Source: Nemertoderma westbladi
Lineage: Eukaryota > Animalia > Xenacoelomorpha
Direction of reading: 5' to 3'
DNA: 64,000 bases
NCBI GenBank assembly: GCA_032718475.1
Contig: JAUCBJ010006670.1
Span: 20,257 to 84,256 of the forward strand
Numbering within the stretch: the stretch's first letter is position 1; every line of letters starts with the position of its first letter. The notes under the pieces were generated by a model. That model was not told the DNA's origin, did not search any database, and saw only the letters and a list, made by a program, of their open reading frames with translations. Of this stretch, positions 1-12,729 are shown in pieces. A program made the translations under genes and the position numbers.

Positions 1-135
1 AGGTACTAAAGGGGTTGTCTCGAGAGATTCAACTACCATCTCTTTGTCGACAGTATCGTCCGCGATGGGCTGATCGTCAACAACCTCCTCATCAGGTAGA
101 TGTTCGCGTAAAGGCATATCGGCCTCAGATTTATC
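1..135 (-). CDS. HYDIN: HYDIN segment 17 (DKSEADMPL...ETTPLVP, open to window edge)
   Basis: Acidic stop-free frame with the same composition as the end of exon 16, shifted by one base; joined by a 31-nt GT-AG intron or a 1-nt indel. Confidence 0.65.
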
Positions 136-166
136 CTTTCAAAACGCCTTCTTCAATCCCGCTTAC

Positions 167-1206
167 CCTTTCATCGTCTCTCTCCTCCTTCTCTCCAACC
201 TCCGCATCGTCCTTGCTCTCGTCAACCTCCACCCCGTCCTCTACAACAACTTCCCGCTCCGTACTCACCGCTGACTCACTCGCTTCCGGTACGAACTCGC
301 TTGGCGGTTTTACCACCAACGGTTCTCCCGGTTCCACGAACGTCCATCGATACTTGATCTCTATGGGCGAGTTGTTGGCGACATTGACGACCTTCGTGGA
401 TTCCGTGTTGTTTAGGATGCAGCCGAAGTCAACCCTGAGTGGCGCGGGCGGTGGTGTGCTCGATGGTACCTTAGCAGCAGCCTTGCTCGACTTTCCTTTC
501 ACCTGTTTCCTGTCCACTCTATCCGTCGTCTTACCCTCTTTAACAAACTCCCCTTCGTCTTTGGCAACAGCCACTGCTTCAACCGAAGGGTCTTTACTCA
601 ACGCGCCAAACGCTCGAGAGAAATCTATATTCGGAAACAGAACCTCCCCATGAAGGGCAACATAGTCGACGTACGGATGTTCGCTGTAATCGAAAGACAT
701 AGGGCAATCAGCTGTCCGTGAGAAACTCCCCTCCTGCCAGAAGGGGTCGAAGTAGATCAATAAGGTCACCGACTCAGTATTGCCAATCCGTAACTCCATA
801 TCCTGTACAAGTTCTCCGTCCTCTAACTGAATACTAAACGGAGCTGTCAACTTAACCTTGGCTGTAAGAGTCAGAGAGCTAACGTTTTTTAACACCAAGT
901 CTTTAACTTGACTCACTATTATCACCTCCGGTCGTTTCTCTATGAGAAAGGCGACGTGACGGTCGGAGAACTCGACCAGAGGATGTATAAACTGCGCTTT
1001 TATCTCGGTTTTAATAATTCGCTCCTTCCCCGTGGCGTTGTTGTAGATGGCCTCGCAGATCATCCGCTGTTTGGCCGGCTGTTCGTGGCCGGAGAACCCG
1101 TGCAGTGTAACGTCGACGGCCTCACCGGGTTCCAACTGGATCCGCGCAGGGTCTAGACTGAACGACGGCGGGGGGATTCCGTAATCACCCCGAGCTAAAG
1201 ATAATT
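167..1206 (-). CDS. HYDIN: HYDIN exon 16 (ELSLARG...VDFGCILN...DDER)
   Basis: Long ORF 131..1285; acceptor TTTCCCGTAG; EHPYVD, GEVLFPN and VDFGCILNNT motifs; the 3' end depends on the 31-nt intron model. Confidence 0.88.
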
Positions 1207-1404
1207 CTACGGGAAAACAAAAGAATGTGTAAATATTGGAAAGAGCAAACAATATAAAATAGTAACAACGGTAAAGTGTAAACACAGTTAGTCCAGTTGG
1301 TAGAGCCTTTATTTCGCTGAATTAGATAGGAGAGTTTGTATTATTTATTAATACTCTCTTTACCCCCGGTGACTTGGGCACGACCCTACCTACAGAGATT
1401 TCGT

Positions 1405-1645
1405 TGTATATATGCGTGCATACTGCATACTGCATATGCATGTATGTGTGATTGCATTGCATGAATATGCATATAATGCACCCAGCATTACATATGCATG
1501 TGTATAATGTATATGTGTGCATTGCATATGCATTTGTATATGCGTGCATTACATGCATATGCATATATGGGTGCATTACATGTGCAAGTGTATATGCGTG
1601 CATTGCAGATGCATGCATATATATATGCGTACATATATCCATATA
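1405..1645. repeat. Degenerate (TGCATA)-type purine-pyrimidine microsatellite
   Basis: Direct inspection. Confidence 0.85.
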
Positions 1646-2174
1646 TTCGTGTACCAGCTGTACTGTACGTTAGAAAAACATTTCAGCTTAGAACGAACTT
1701 ACCCTACAACACGACCATTATTATCGTTCAGATTTACCGCAATTTATAATTTTGGATAGACTTTTCGGAGTGACTATAATAAGTAATTATTAATTATTTG
1801 AACAAAGAGCTCAGATCGTCACTATTCTTATTGCCTTTGTAAAAATCAACAAGCAGATAATTTTAGATTATTGGATAATTTTCAGATATATGCATGAGAA
1901 AGATGCAGATTCGGCATCATTCGGATTCGAAATCATCAAAATTTGATGAACAAGGAATGTCTAATTATGGAAAAGAGGAAAAAGCGATCTGGGAAAAAAG
2001 AGGAAAATGTAGTGAAACAATGTAGGTATACCCCTGAATATATCAGAAACGTTTATTAAAATACGGTAGGCCTACAGCCTCGGCCTGTAGTAGGCCTAGT
2101 AGGTGCGTGTGGTAGGTCCACAGCATGTAAACGTAATGGTACTGTATACCTCAGTTTAAATAATGGCAACAGAC

Positions 2175-2428
2175 CTGAATCTAAGGCAGTGAGACTTTTC
2201 CTCACTCGACCCTGAATGATTCCATCTATTGTCCAGAATAGCTGTTGGCGTCTGCGCCCAACGTTACGAAGGTTGAAAGTGTAGTCAAATGGTCTGTTAC
2301 TAAACCGCGGGCCCAGGTCTAGCACTGGTGATATAGACGGGTTGCAAACTATTGTAGAACCACAACCGTGTGCGGACAGTTCCACAGTGTGACGGATACC
2401 GTCAGTGAAGTTGATAAATAATCGGTCC
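2175..2428 (-). CDS. HYDIN: HYDIN exon 15 (DRLFINF...LTALDS)
   Basis: Acceptor TCTTAG; GSTIV and GRRRQQLFW motifs. The donor G|GTCTGT was chosen because it gives the phase 1 needed by the next acceptor, so the 3' end is less certain. Confidence 0.85.
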
Positions 2429-3119
2429 CTAAGATAACACAATATGGGCTTAAACTACCGTAACAAGTACTAGAACACAATATGTAGGCCTAGAAAACAT
2501 AACAAGTAAATGAAAATGCTGAAAGTATCACAACAAGTAATGAGAGTAACACTGTAGTGCTGTAAGTAACACAGGAAGAACATCAAGTAACACACTAATT
2601 ACTCCAAGTAATTCAACAAGTACGGCAAGTAAGATCACACAACAAGTGACCCAACAAGAAGTACTAAAAGTACAAGTTGGTCAAATTTCAAGAAGTGCAG
2701 AGTATATAAAGTGTCAACAAATATACGATAAATTACCTAAACCAAATAAACATATCAAACATTTAAACGGCTCACACAAACACTGTTTCCTCCTATCTAC
2801 AAGAAAGTAAGTTAAAGCGAATGAAATGAAATAGCATAATAATTTGAGTTACTGTTTGAGGTAAATTGTCGAAGATATGAGCCATGAAGCTCACTTATAA
2901 AGTGGCGGTCAGTTAGCTCTACTTTCAGTTTCAATTGCATACGTATCTACCCGAAAGATTTTTCCATACTGGTACCGCCTGCCTACACATTAATCTATTA
3001 ATTTCGAAGTTACAAATGTTTTCCAGTTACTAAATATAATACTAAATATAATAGCAAAAACAAGTAAAATTCTAGTTGACACATTTTAAGGTAAAGGTAT
3101 ATGTGTTACTGAAACTCAC

Positions 3120-3362
3120 TGGAATGGGATGCAATCGTTAAGGTTAGCGATAATGTTTATACTCAACGAGTCTAGGGGCCGTATCTGCGACTCAGCTGGT
3201 TCCACGCGGAATGCAGGGTTACTTCGGGCGAAGCCACAAGTAAACGGCGCCATGATGAACGATTCGTTTAGGAGATCAACCTTGATCGGATGATCCTCGA
3301 GGACATTGACTTTACCCCAATTCAGTTCCGTTTCTGATACATGAACCACAGGTCCTTCGCCG
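3120..3362 (-). CDS. HYDIN: HYDIN exon 14 (GEGPVV...ANLNDCIPF)
   Basis: Acceptor GTTTCAG, donor GTGAGT, 243 nt. Confidence 0.92.
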
Positions 3363-4035
3363 CTGAAACAAAAATAAATACGATAATTTTTCATTATACT
3401 TAATTGTTTTCAACATATATTTGAATGCCAGTATTAAGACCAGGCCATCAATAAGCTGCAAACATAATAGAATCCTTCAGAATAAGAACTAGTGGTTTCT
3501 CGAGTTCTAGAGTTTTACTATTTCGGGTCCACAAGTTGGAACTAATTTATTGTTAATATCATTGTGCCATTTATTAAGGATGTCAAGTTGAAACTCATTG
3601 GTATTATGTGTTAATGAGTAGTTTAATATAATATTGTAATTTTTCCAAAGAACTGCTTGCAAAGTCCGCATAATAATAATTTATTTAATTTAAAGTTCTA
3701 GTGATTTTTTCATTGTAACTTTAATATTATGCACTACACTTTCCTTGTATCTGAGTTGATAAGATAATAAAATACATTAGTAATTGCAAATAATTCCTGC
3801 ATATGATTGGTATTGACAGTTAGGTTGCCGTAAGGAAGTAAATTGTAGGCATACAGCACATCAGGTGTCATCTGCTATCTATCGGAATGGGTTGAGAATT
3901 CAATCTTGGAGGTTACCAGTTCGACCACACATGGACGTTAATTGTGACTTCGCGAAGCTGTGCCCAACCGAAATTCTATACAGTTACAACTTGGTAGACA
4001 TAAATAGAGCCAAAAACAGTTTAAGAGGGCTAAAT

Positions 4036-5248
4036 GGTGTTCGGACACTTCCCCCCCGGACACTTCCCCCCCGGACAGTTCCCCCCCGCTCAAGTAGGAC
4101 ACTTCCCCCCCGGACACTTCCCCCCCAGACACTTCCCCCCCGCGGACACTTCCCCCCCGACTGTTCTTAACTTCGCACATTCGTATTTTTCATTTTGTAA
4201 GGTTAACGGACCGCTTGTATCCAGATAAGTTGTATCCAATTTTCCTTTCGTAGCTCAGAAAGTGATCTTTTGCATCCCGATTTTACATTTTATATCCAAG
4301 TTTTATTTATGGGTTTTATCAATGCAATTACATCGTATTGTTTGCTAATCTTTAAACAATTAATTATATTAGATGACCTATAAATTCCATCCCCGGAATG
4401 ATAACCTGTTTTTATTAACTATAGAATTATAATAATTAATTTTTTGCTTTTTTGCTTCTTCAAATTGTAGCAGATGGGGATGAATATTATTGTTGCAATC
4501 AAAAATCGACATGCGTCGACCTGTATTCTGTGTTCAGCATTACATATTGATATACATATTACTACTATACATACTATATAGATATTATACACACTACATA
4601 TTAAATTTCCTGGTTACTTGCAATATTTTTAATAGGATTTTGTTGAATTATATAATATTGTAGTAATTTATATATTAAATTGGTTAACATTCAATACAGC
4701 TCCTACTTTAGGCTTAGTCAATTTATTATCTGATGATACAAACATGAATTAAATATTTCAAAGTGGTCTTAAGTCTTTCACCACGGGCACTCAGGGAAAT
4801 GCCGGGGTTTGGGGACGGCAGCCCCCAACCAAAGAAGCGGGGGATTGGGGACGGTAGCCCCCAAGAAAAGAAGCGGGGGTTTGGGGGCGGCAGCCCCCAA
4901 GAAAAGATGCGGGGGTTTGGGGGCGGCAGCCCCCAAGAAAAGAAGCGGGGGTTTGGGGGCGGCAGCCCCCAATTAAAAGAAATTAAAATAATTAAAGGAA
5001 TTAAAAGAAAAACAAACAAAACGTTTCTTTTATAATTTTGAAAAAACTTGTCTAGATACAACTTGTCCTGCAACCATCTTTAACTTTTGTTTATTGCTTT
5101 GATGCACCCAGATTAATTTTAACACTTTAACTGGGGGGAAAGTGTCCGGGGGGCAAGTGTCCGGGGGGGAAGTGTCCGGGGGGGAAGTGTCCGGGGGGGA
5201 AGTGTCCGGGGGGGGGGGAAGTGTCCGGGGGGGAAGAGTCCTAGATCC
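4036..5248 (+). mobile_element. Non-autonomous DNA transposon (MULE-like) with GC-rich subterminal tandem repeats, copy 1
   Basis: Inverted (GGACACTTCCCCCCC)n arrays at both ends; 8-bp direct flank GGCTAAAT at 4028-4035 and 5249-5256; second copy in this window. Confidence 0.85.
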
Positions 5249-7654
5249 GGCTAAATATCTAAAAACTTGTTTGTTTTTTGGCCCTATTGTTTCTTGGTTT
5301 TAATCTATGTATTAATTTATATTTTGTGTCTCAGTGCAGTGCTATAGGTTAAAAACTTTAATTTTCACCCTCTAGCGACACAGTCGAGAAAGGCATAAAT
5401 GCATGACTTTCAGTGGGAATCCGATGAATTGATGATGTTTGGAATTCTGCTAAAATCTGATATTTTTGTCCTATTTATTTATACCAAAAGTTTCAACTTA
5501 TATAATTATGATTTTCGTTCAGCACACCTTGCTACCTTGGAGGAGTTGACTTTGGCGTCCAGGTGGGATCGAACCGGTGACATGAACGTATGTCGAAGTC
5601 GACTTTGCTCGCTTTGCCCAAATAATTATTATGAAATTATACTGAAACCAGTTATGTCATTCACCAATAATAGTTTCACATTTCACTTATGGCAGTTGGC
5701 AGTTCCAACCTTGGCAACCAAGTTCCAGATATCGGGTTCGTGAGTAACTAACTAGTCCAGATATACATAAAGAGTATTCAAGAGACCCACCTATATTGAT
5801 ATTGCGATTAATTTGCATGCATATATTTTATTGGTAAGCAACAAAACCTTAATCAAGGCCATCTGGATGATTGAATGATAAAATTTCACAAACATGACAC
5901 GGCGTACTCATCCCTGAATTAATAATTACCGGTGGGAGTATAATTAATGTAGCATCCTAAGGTAATTACTATAGAAGTGTCGAGTGGTGTATGACAGAAC
6001 TGTCAGAGAGAGAAGGTCACCAGGAAAGTTCGTGCATATTTGATTATGGGCAGGAATTATGTATGGTATCTCTACTGTGATTAACCCAGCTAATACAAGG
6101 CTAATTTGGAGTGTGTGAAGGCAATCACAGAAGGATGGAAAATAATAACTATTTACATAATTGTGTAAAAGTAGCAAGAGTGAGCTAATCCGAGTGGTGA
6201 GGGAAGGTGAAGATGCGATTAACAAAACATTGTAAATTCAATTGCAACAAGTATGCATGTAGTTTTATTTAAAAAATCTAACAAATAAAGTAATATATAA
6301 TCGAATCAACCGACAATGGAAAAGTGGATGTCAAATTTGTTAGTAAAAAAGTGTAATATTTGTATTATTTTATAACAAGAATTGGAATGAGGCGGGAGGG
6401 GGTCGCAAATCCCATCCCAGTTAATTAATATCTCGTCTCAATGTTAAATTATAAATTAAGAGAAATTAGCAGGTTATTTACACGTATTCTAACCAAAATA
6501 ATAAACTAAAGTCAATAGATCACATTACAGTTTTATTTTTGGGAACAATCAGCTGTTACATTTGCGTCGATTTTCCCCTGGACAGGGATAAACTTTGATT
6601 GCGTAGAAAGTTACCGCTAATTGGAATTGAAAGAGAATTACAGTAGAAAACGTTGGGATCTAAGTTTAATGAAGGTTAATCAAAGGTATTTATCGTTTTA
6701 TTGTCCGCCACATTACAATATTATTAGTCTCTAAACCCACATAATTATCATATCAATAAAATAACCAACATAATCCCATTTATTAGAAAAGAAAACTACC
6801 CAAACATTATCCCAACACAGAATTTCCATATCTATGGTTATAAACCATTTAAACCATTTGCGTAATTAAATTGCAACATTGATTTCATTACCTATACAAC
6901 ACTGAGAAAATTTAAAGACGTAATTTAGTAAAACAGGATGAAGAGAGGGCAGAGAGGGAGGCTGAAGTGGGGATGCTAGGGGGGTGGGATTGGATTGGTT
7001 GCAAACAAAATATAAACGCGGAACACACAGAAAGAATTCTAATCGGGATGGACGTGCGGTGGAGCAGACTGGATGCAGTTAGTGTCCTGAACTTATACCA
7101 TTCATAAAGCGAAGGAAAAAAACCCATTACCGGAGATAATCCAGCCTGATCGGGCCATCAACCGAAGCAAAGGCTGCTAAAATATGCAACGCTTGTAAAT
7201 TATAATCAGAAATCCCGGTCCCTTGATTATAAAACGAATTGGGAAATATCGGCTGAGACGAGAGATTAGTCCATAAACAGGGGAGTAAAGAAACTACGCA
7301 CAATATGGCTCTCGGCAGAGGAATACTGATTAGTTCTGCAGGTGCGTTGGTTTGGTGGAAGGAAGGAAAGAAAGGGAATGGGGGGGGGGGGGGGGGGGGT
7401 GTTATTTTTGAGGAACCCAAGGAACCACGTAAGAAAATGCCGTCTTCCATCAAGGATGCATAATATTTCATCGTTTCATGACAACCAGTTAACCAGACTA
7501 GCAGGTATGAAGTAGACATCCATTGGTGACTATCAGGAGCTACTACGTACGTAGAAAATAACTATTTATTAAATGGAAAACAAATAGGGTTTTTCCCGAT
7601 ACATAGCATCCCATGATGGAGATGTATACGTTACAGAGTGAGCGCGAACGTTAG

Positions 7655-7847
7655 GGCACGGCACGGCACGGCACGGCACGGCACGGCACGGCACGGCACG
7701 GCACGGCACGGCACGGCACGGCACGGCACGGCACGGCACGGCACGGCACGGCACGGCACGGCACGGCACGGCACGGCACGGCACGGCACGGCACGGCACG
7801 GCACGGCACGGCACGGCACGGCACGGCACGGCACGGCACGGCACGGC
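7655..7847. repeat. Perfect (GGCAC)n pentanucleotide microsatellite, about 38 copies
   Basis: Direct inspection. Confidence 0.97.
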
Positions 7848-9180
7848 GCAGAAAGGCGCGACACCTTCTTTGGTAAAACATGACGGAAGAAGGACATCAA
7901 CGTGCCTGAGCCTGAGCCTGAGTGAGAGTTGTGAAGGATGGCCGACGGAGGAATACTAAGTGATATTTTTTGTTTAACAGAGAATATCCTGTTTCATGTA
8001 TCTGGCAATATGACGATTAAGAATTAGGCATCTTACCCCCGAAGATATGAGCAGAATGAATATTGATATTATGACACTGTTTGCAGACCAACAGGTGAAA
8101 TTCACATCACTTCCCGGAAATAATCATAGGACCTATCTATGTGCTTCCATGGCCTATGGCCAAGGGTGGAGTAGTCATCAGTGACAGTAGTGACACTATG
8201 AACTAAACTGTTTGTAAAGGATCAGGGAAAAGGAGCTTCCATTAAGACTGAATAATGTTGCTAAAAGAAATCGTTAGATCAAACACTTCTCTGACATGTA
8301 AAACATAGATATTCATTCATTCCAGGAAGAGGAATTTCTCCACATACTGGTCAGTGACATATTCCAGCAGTGAACATTGATTCAATTTCCTTAACACCAT
8401 ACCAGTGAGAGAAGCTTGGCCAATCAGGCTTGTGCTGCAGCATTAAGCTTTGGTAAATACTCGGCCAGTATTTAAGAAGAAGGCACTACACCCTTACCAG
8501 ATGGTGGTCCACTTTACTGGAATATAATATGCAGGCATCCCTCCTGGCGCAAGCTAGCTATCAGTATTAAATCTACAGTTATTGAGATTAGGTTGCCTGT
8601 CTACTGTCAATGCAATTGCTGTTATTCTATCGACCCTAATCCAATATAAAGTTTCACTCGTAGAATAATAAATATTTTATAGCAGCGGTTTCGGCCGGTG
8701 GTCATCATGCATATCAATACATTATTATTAATAATTGTTACAGGAAATTAGATATTGCTGGGAATTGAGTTGATTTGAATGGAGAGGCTGTCCTTTCATT
8801 CATTCATACTGTACTGCTGTACGGTACGTATCAGTCATTCAGGGGGTTTCTTATTAATTTGGCAATCACACTCACTCCTTCTGGCTTCGTTGTCGCATTT
8901 CATTAGCTTGCTTCTAAATTATTGGCTTTTTGAATGTCAAATCCCAGCACTACTGCTTAGCTCTCTTTGTATTATATTAGATTGATATATTGCGAAGCGA
9001 TTTATTGCAATTATTTAAATGAAATACAAAACCTCGTTTTACATTTACGCGTTTGCTGTTACTAGTAGTAATATGTAGGCCTAGTACGTAACAATAGGCT
9101 ACCAACTAGCAGTAACACACAGATTGGCTAATATTGTATTATGTTACTATAGGCAGATAGGTATACCGGTACTTAAAAAT

Positions 9181-9360
9181 GGGTGAGTACAAAACAAAGA
9201 CTCAAGTCTTGTACAAAACACATATGTTAACTTTCGTTTATTGTTTTGGTTCCCCCAACACGCCTCTGTAACCTGCTCCTTTAAATGGCTATGGGACCTA
9301 ACGCGACTTTACCTCTTTGTTTTGTACAGAGGGTCATGGGTCTTTGTTTTGTACTCACCC
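9181..9360. mobile_element. MITE with 9-bp TSD (Mutator-like)
   Basis: TIRs GGGTGAGTACAAAACAAAGAC / GTCTTTGTTTTGTACTCACCC; flanking direct repeat CTTAAAAAT. Confidence 0.85.
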
Positions 9361-9562
9361 CTTAAAAATTGCTGCCAAATTAATTATGACTTGTGCGTTA
9401 AATAATGAATTTGGTATACTCGTACACCTAAGACTTACAATATTATATGTATACCAACAAGAATAACAACAACTAGGCCTATTATGTATTAAATTTGATA
9501 TAAACAATTATTGGAATTGTTTTAAATATGTGACTGTGTGATGAAATTGAATAGGAATCAAG

Positions 9563-9829
9563 ATGGGTTTTCAGGAACTACTAATTTTGATATTAACTAT
9601 TCGTGACGTCACTAATTCTCACTCTTTTTTAATGGAGAAACTTTGTCCCCATATTACTTTCACCTGCAAGTTAATGCCCGAGGATCTACCAAACCCGTAT
9701 ACTGACCCAGAGAGCTGCGGCTGGTCTACTGACGATCTGCCGCAACTGACCATGGTCTGCGACCCCTCATCTATCCTAAGTTACGCTCATCTTACATCAC
9801 TCAACGAAAAGTTAATGGCTCTAACTGAG
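9563..9829 (+). CDS. MOLO-1/TPM-like single-pass membrane protein, exon 1 (nested in HYDIN intron 13)
   Basis: Hydrophobic N-terminus, then PNP-x5-C...VCDPxxIL, typical of MOLO1-family ectodomains; donor GAG|GTTAGT, phase 0. Confidence 0.8.
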
Positions 9830-9897
9830 GTTAGTTTATAGTTATTGTTTATGTTTGTTCGTTTGTTTATGTTTATATGTGGCCGCATTAAACATCA

Positions 9898-10063
9898 AGC
9901 ATATCCTTTATGCTGCATTATCCTTTATGCTGCATAGCTTTTATACTGCATATCCTTTATGCTGCATATCCTTTATACTGCATATCCGTTATGCTGCATA
10001 TCCTTTATGCTGCATATCCTTTATGCTGCATATCCTTTATGCTGAATAGCTTTTATACTGCAT
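9898..10063. repeat. About 18-bp minisatellite (TGCATATCCTTTATGC core)
   Basis: Direct inspection. Confidence 0.85.
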
Positions 10064-10576
10064 ACATACGCATTCATTCCATCTTAATAACTTCCTCATA
10101 TTCATCCCGTTTGCGTTTATCACAATAGTGTGCGGTGGTGATGATAATGTTGTAGTTGTTGATGTAAATGAATAAATGAAATGAAAGTCTCTAATAAATT
10201 ACTCACAAATTACACGGCGCCCGATCGTGTACAAAAAATCGTAAAAATATAACTTTTAATAAAGTTGTATCCAGACAGATGCTGTATCTCAATTTATAGT
10301 ATAAAACTTGTCTTGACAAAAAACCGGACAAATTGTGATGTGATTTATTATTTGATTATATCATTGTTTATACCTCCTACATTACATTAGTACGCACCGC
10401 ACACGTTTGCACTATTTCAACGATATTAATAATTTTTCTTAAATATATTTTATTCCAAAATTGTAACATTACTCAACACCGTTAGTATTAACAGCGAGTT
10501 GTTATTTAACACTTTACAACTTTAGAGGACATTACAGCATTATATTGGCCTGTACATTTAGTATTGTATTTGGTGT

Positions 10577-10667
10577 TATTGTTTACGTGGTAACCCATGG
10601 CGGCGTTAAGTAATGTCCACTACGGGGACATTACTTAACGCCGTCATTGGATACCACGTAAACAATA
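10577..10667. repeat. 91-bp hairpin/palindrome
   Basis: 42-bp arms with 3 mismatches. Confidence 0.9.
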
Positions 10668-12729
10668 GGTGGAAATTTGCCTGACAGCCAGATAGGCCTA
10701 CTGCATTACCTACCGGTAGGCGGGGTGTAGCATTAATAACCAGTAGAGCCTAGCTATATTATTATAACATGGCTCCACACGCCACCATAAAAATATAAGC
10801 GAACTTATTTATAACATAATTTATGTATAGCTAGCTTAATTATAATAATTTTCATATAATATTTTACCTTAAACTATTAGTCTAATTATGATTTACTGTG
10901 CGCGTACGTAATCTTAACTACATTCTACCGTACATACCTATTATTACCAATATTAGAATTTATATCTGTGTATCTTCAAAACAAAAAAAAAACAATTTAT
11001 GTCATTTTTACAATTATTTATACAGCAACTAATATATTTTGTGCAGTTTCTATCACTTATAATGTATATGTACAATCATTTCGTAATGTTGAAAATATTG
11101 GAATAAAACTACATACATACTTGTTGCAAAGTACTTTACAGTGTTCTGATCCTCGTGGCTTTATTTTCACTCACTCACTACGTTCGTTCGTGTAACAAAG
11201 CCACCCAGATCATCACACTGTAAAGTGGTACTTTACACACAAGTATGTAAATAGTTATTAAATTGGAGGGTTGGACATTGGATATGGTTTGAAGGGCTCT
11301 GTCAGAGCACGTTTTATACTTTTTATACGGGAAACCTACATCCTTATCCATATCATCCATACCTATTAATCAAGGTACCTAAAAGTTTGGGGTCTGTTAA
11401 CTTAAATTTGGGTATTAACTGGGATATTGGCTTGTTTTTTCAGGTTAGGGTGCGTTGGCAAGGCGATTAGTATTGGCCCTTCTGGCCAATGGCAATAAAT
11501 CCGAAATTCAACAAAATTTATCATAGAACAGAGGAATAGAGCATCATGACTTACGTTTAGGGTTCAATACTGCTTTAATTATACGGTTTGCACCGCCACT
11601 CTTCTAACCCGCGAAGCCCACGAGAGCCGATAAAGAAGCACCTTTAGAATGATATCCCCGTTCTTAGAAATTTATTATTAACATTTGTTTCTGGAATTTT
11701 ATTTGGTATGTTAGTAAAGGCAATAAAAGCCAAAATATTAGATACTTAATTGTTTGTGTGTGAATACTGTTAATTCGGGATTAGATTTTCTCTCGAGTGG
11801 GATGAATTTAGAATCCTTGAATCCCGGTTCTCTGAATTTTGGTGTATCAACACCGAAAACTTAACGAAAATATAAGTCATTTGAAAACATGTCAAAATTG
11901 CGTGAAATTTCACCGAAAAAGCCATAAATTCATGATTCTGTGTCGGTTTAGATAGCTCGCTCAAATCAGTCGGTTACATCTTGTTTGTCTGGATATAAAC
12001 AGTCCGCTTACCAAGTACAATATTTTATATATATCAGCATCAACCTTGGCACTAAAACTTAAAATCTACCGAATTCGTAAATAAACGTCATAATAACCGT
12101 ATAAAACATCATAAAACGTTGTTCCGTTGCTGTAATATCCCCAACCTCGTCCCATATGCGCCATCCGTTCGTCAGGCTCCTAAGTAATTACATCTCTTGG
12201 GGACTCCAACGTAATGTTCCATCGCAGAGAACATGCAGTAATTAATGACAAACCGTTATACCTCCGCAAATGACACAAATAACATACTTCACTACGCACT
12301 AAACATTCGAATATGGGTTTTTATGATAACAATTGAGATAGTAGGTTGAATGCACGGTAAGACAGTGATAAAACACATCGTGATCCCGGGAAAAACAGTG
12401 AAATCAATCAAAGTCGGTAGAATTAGGCCTAGTAAAGCTTAGCTGAGTAGATTGGGTACTGCAGTTGGTGTGCCCCACCCCTCATATGCTCCCACAGGGT
12501 ATAACTAACACCCAGATGGGTTACCTGTAGCTTTACTTACACGTACGGATCACTATTGGTAAGATACGTCCGAAACTTATATTGTTATTGGGCCAATTCA
12601 CTGATGCAGTGCCGGTCAGTGTCATATCTACAACACATAATTATTAATGTTTTAGTTCCGGAATAAAAGAGGAGGGTGGAATACTGAAATCAATATGATC
12701 ATGATCTATATAAATTAGTAACACTTATA

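Noticed and set aside
15-653. 212-aa Ser/Thr-rich plus-strand ORF
   Set aside because: Antisense shadow of the acidic HYDIN exon.
1363-1392. Possible HYDIN micro-exon (GRVVPKSPG)
   Set aside because: It has AG and GT borders, but its phases do not fit the flanking exons without a stop or frameshift.
7127-7519. 130-aa minus-strand ORF with faint similarity to LINE reverse transcriptase
   Set aside because: No diagnostic motif, and it spans a G homopolymer; too weak to call.
7569-7900. (VPCRA)n and (ARHGT)n ORFs
   Set aside because: Translations of the (GGCAC)n microsatellite.
8670-8715. Hammerhead-like remnant on the minus strand (ATGATGA...GGCCGAAAC); similar traces near 47390-47430 and 50555-50575
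   Set aside because: Core nucleotides or stems are missing; at most these are decayed Penelope-type remnants.
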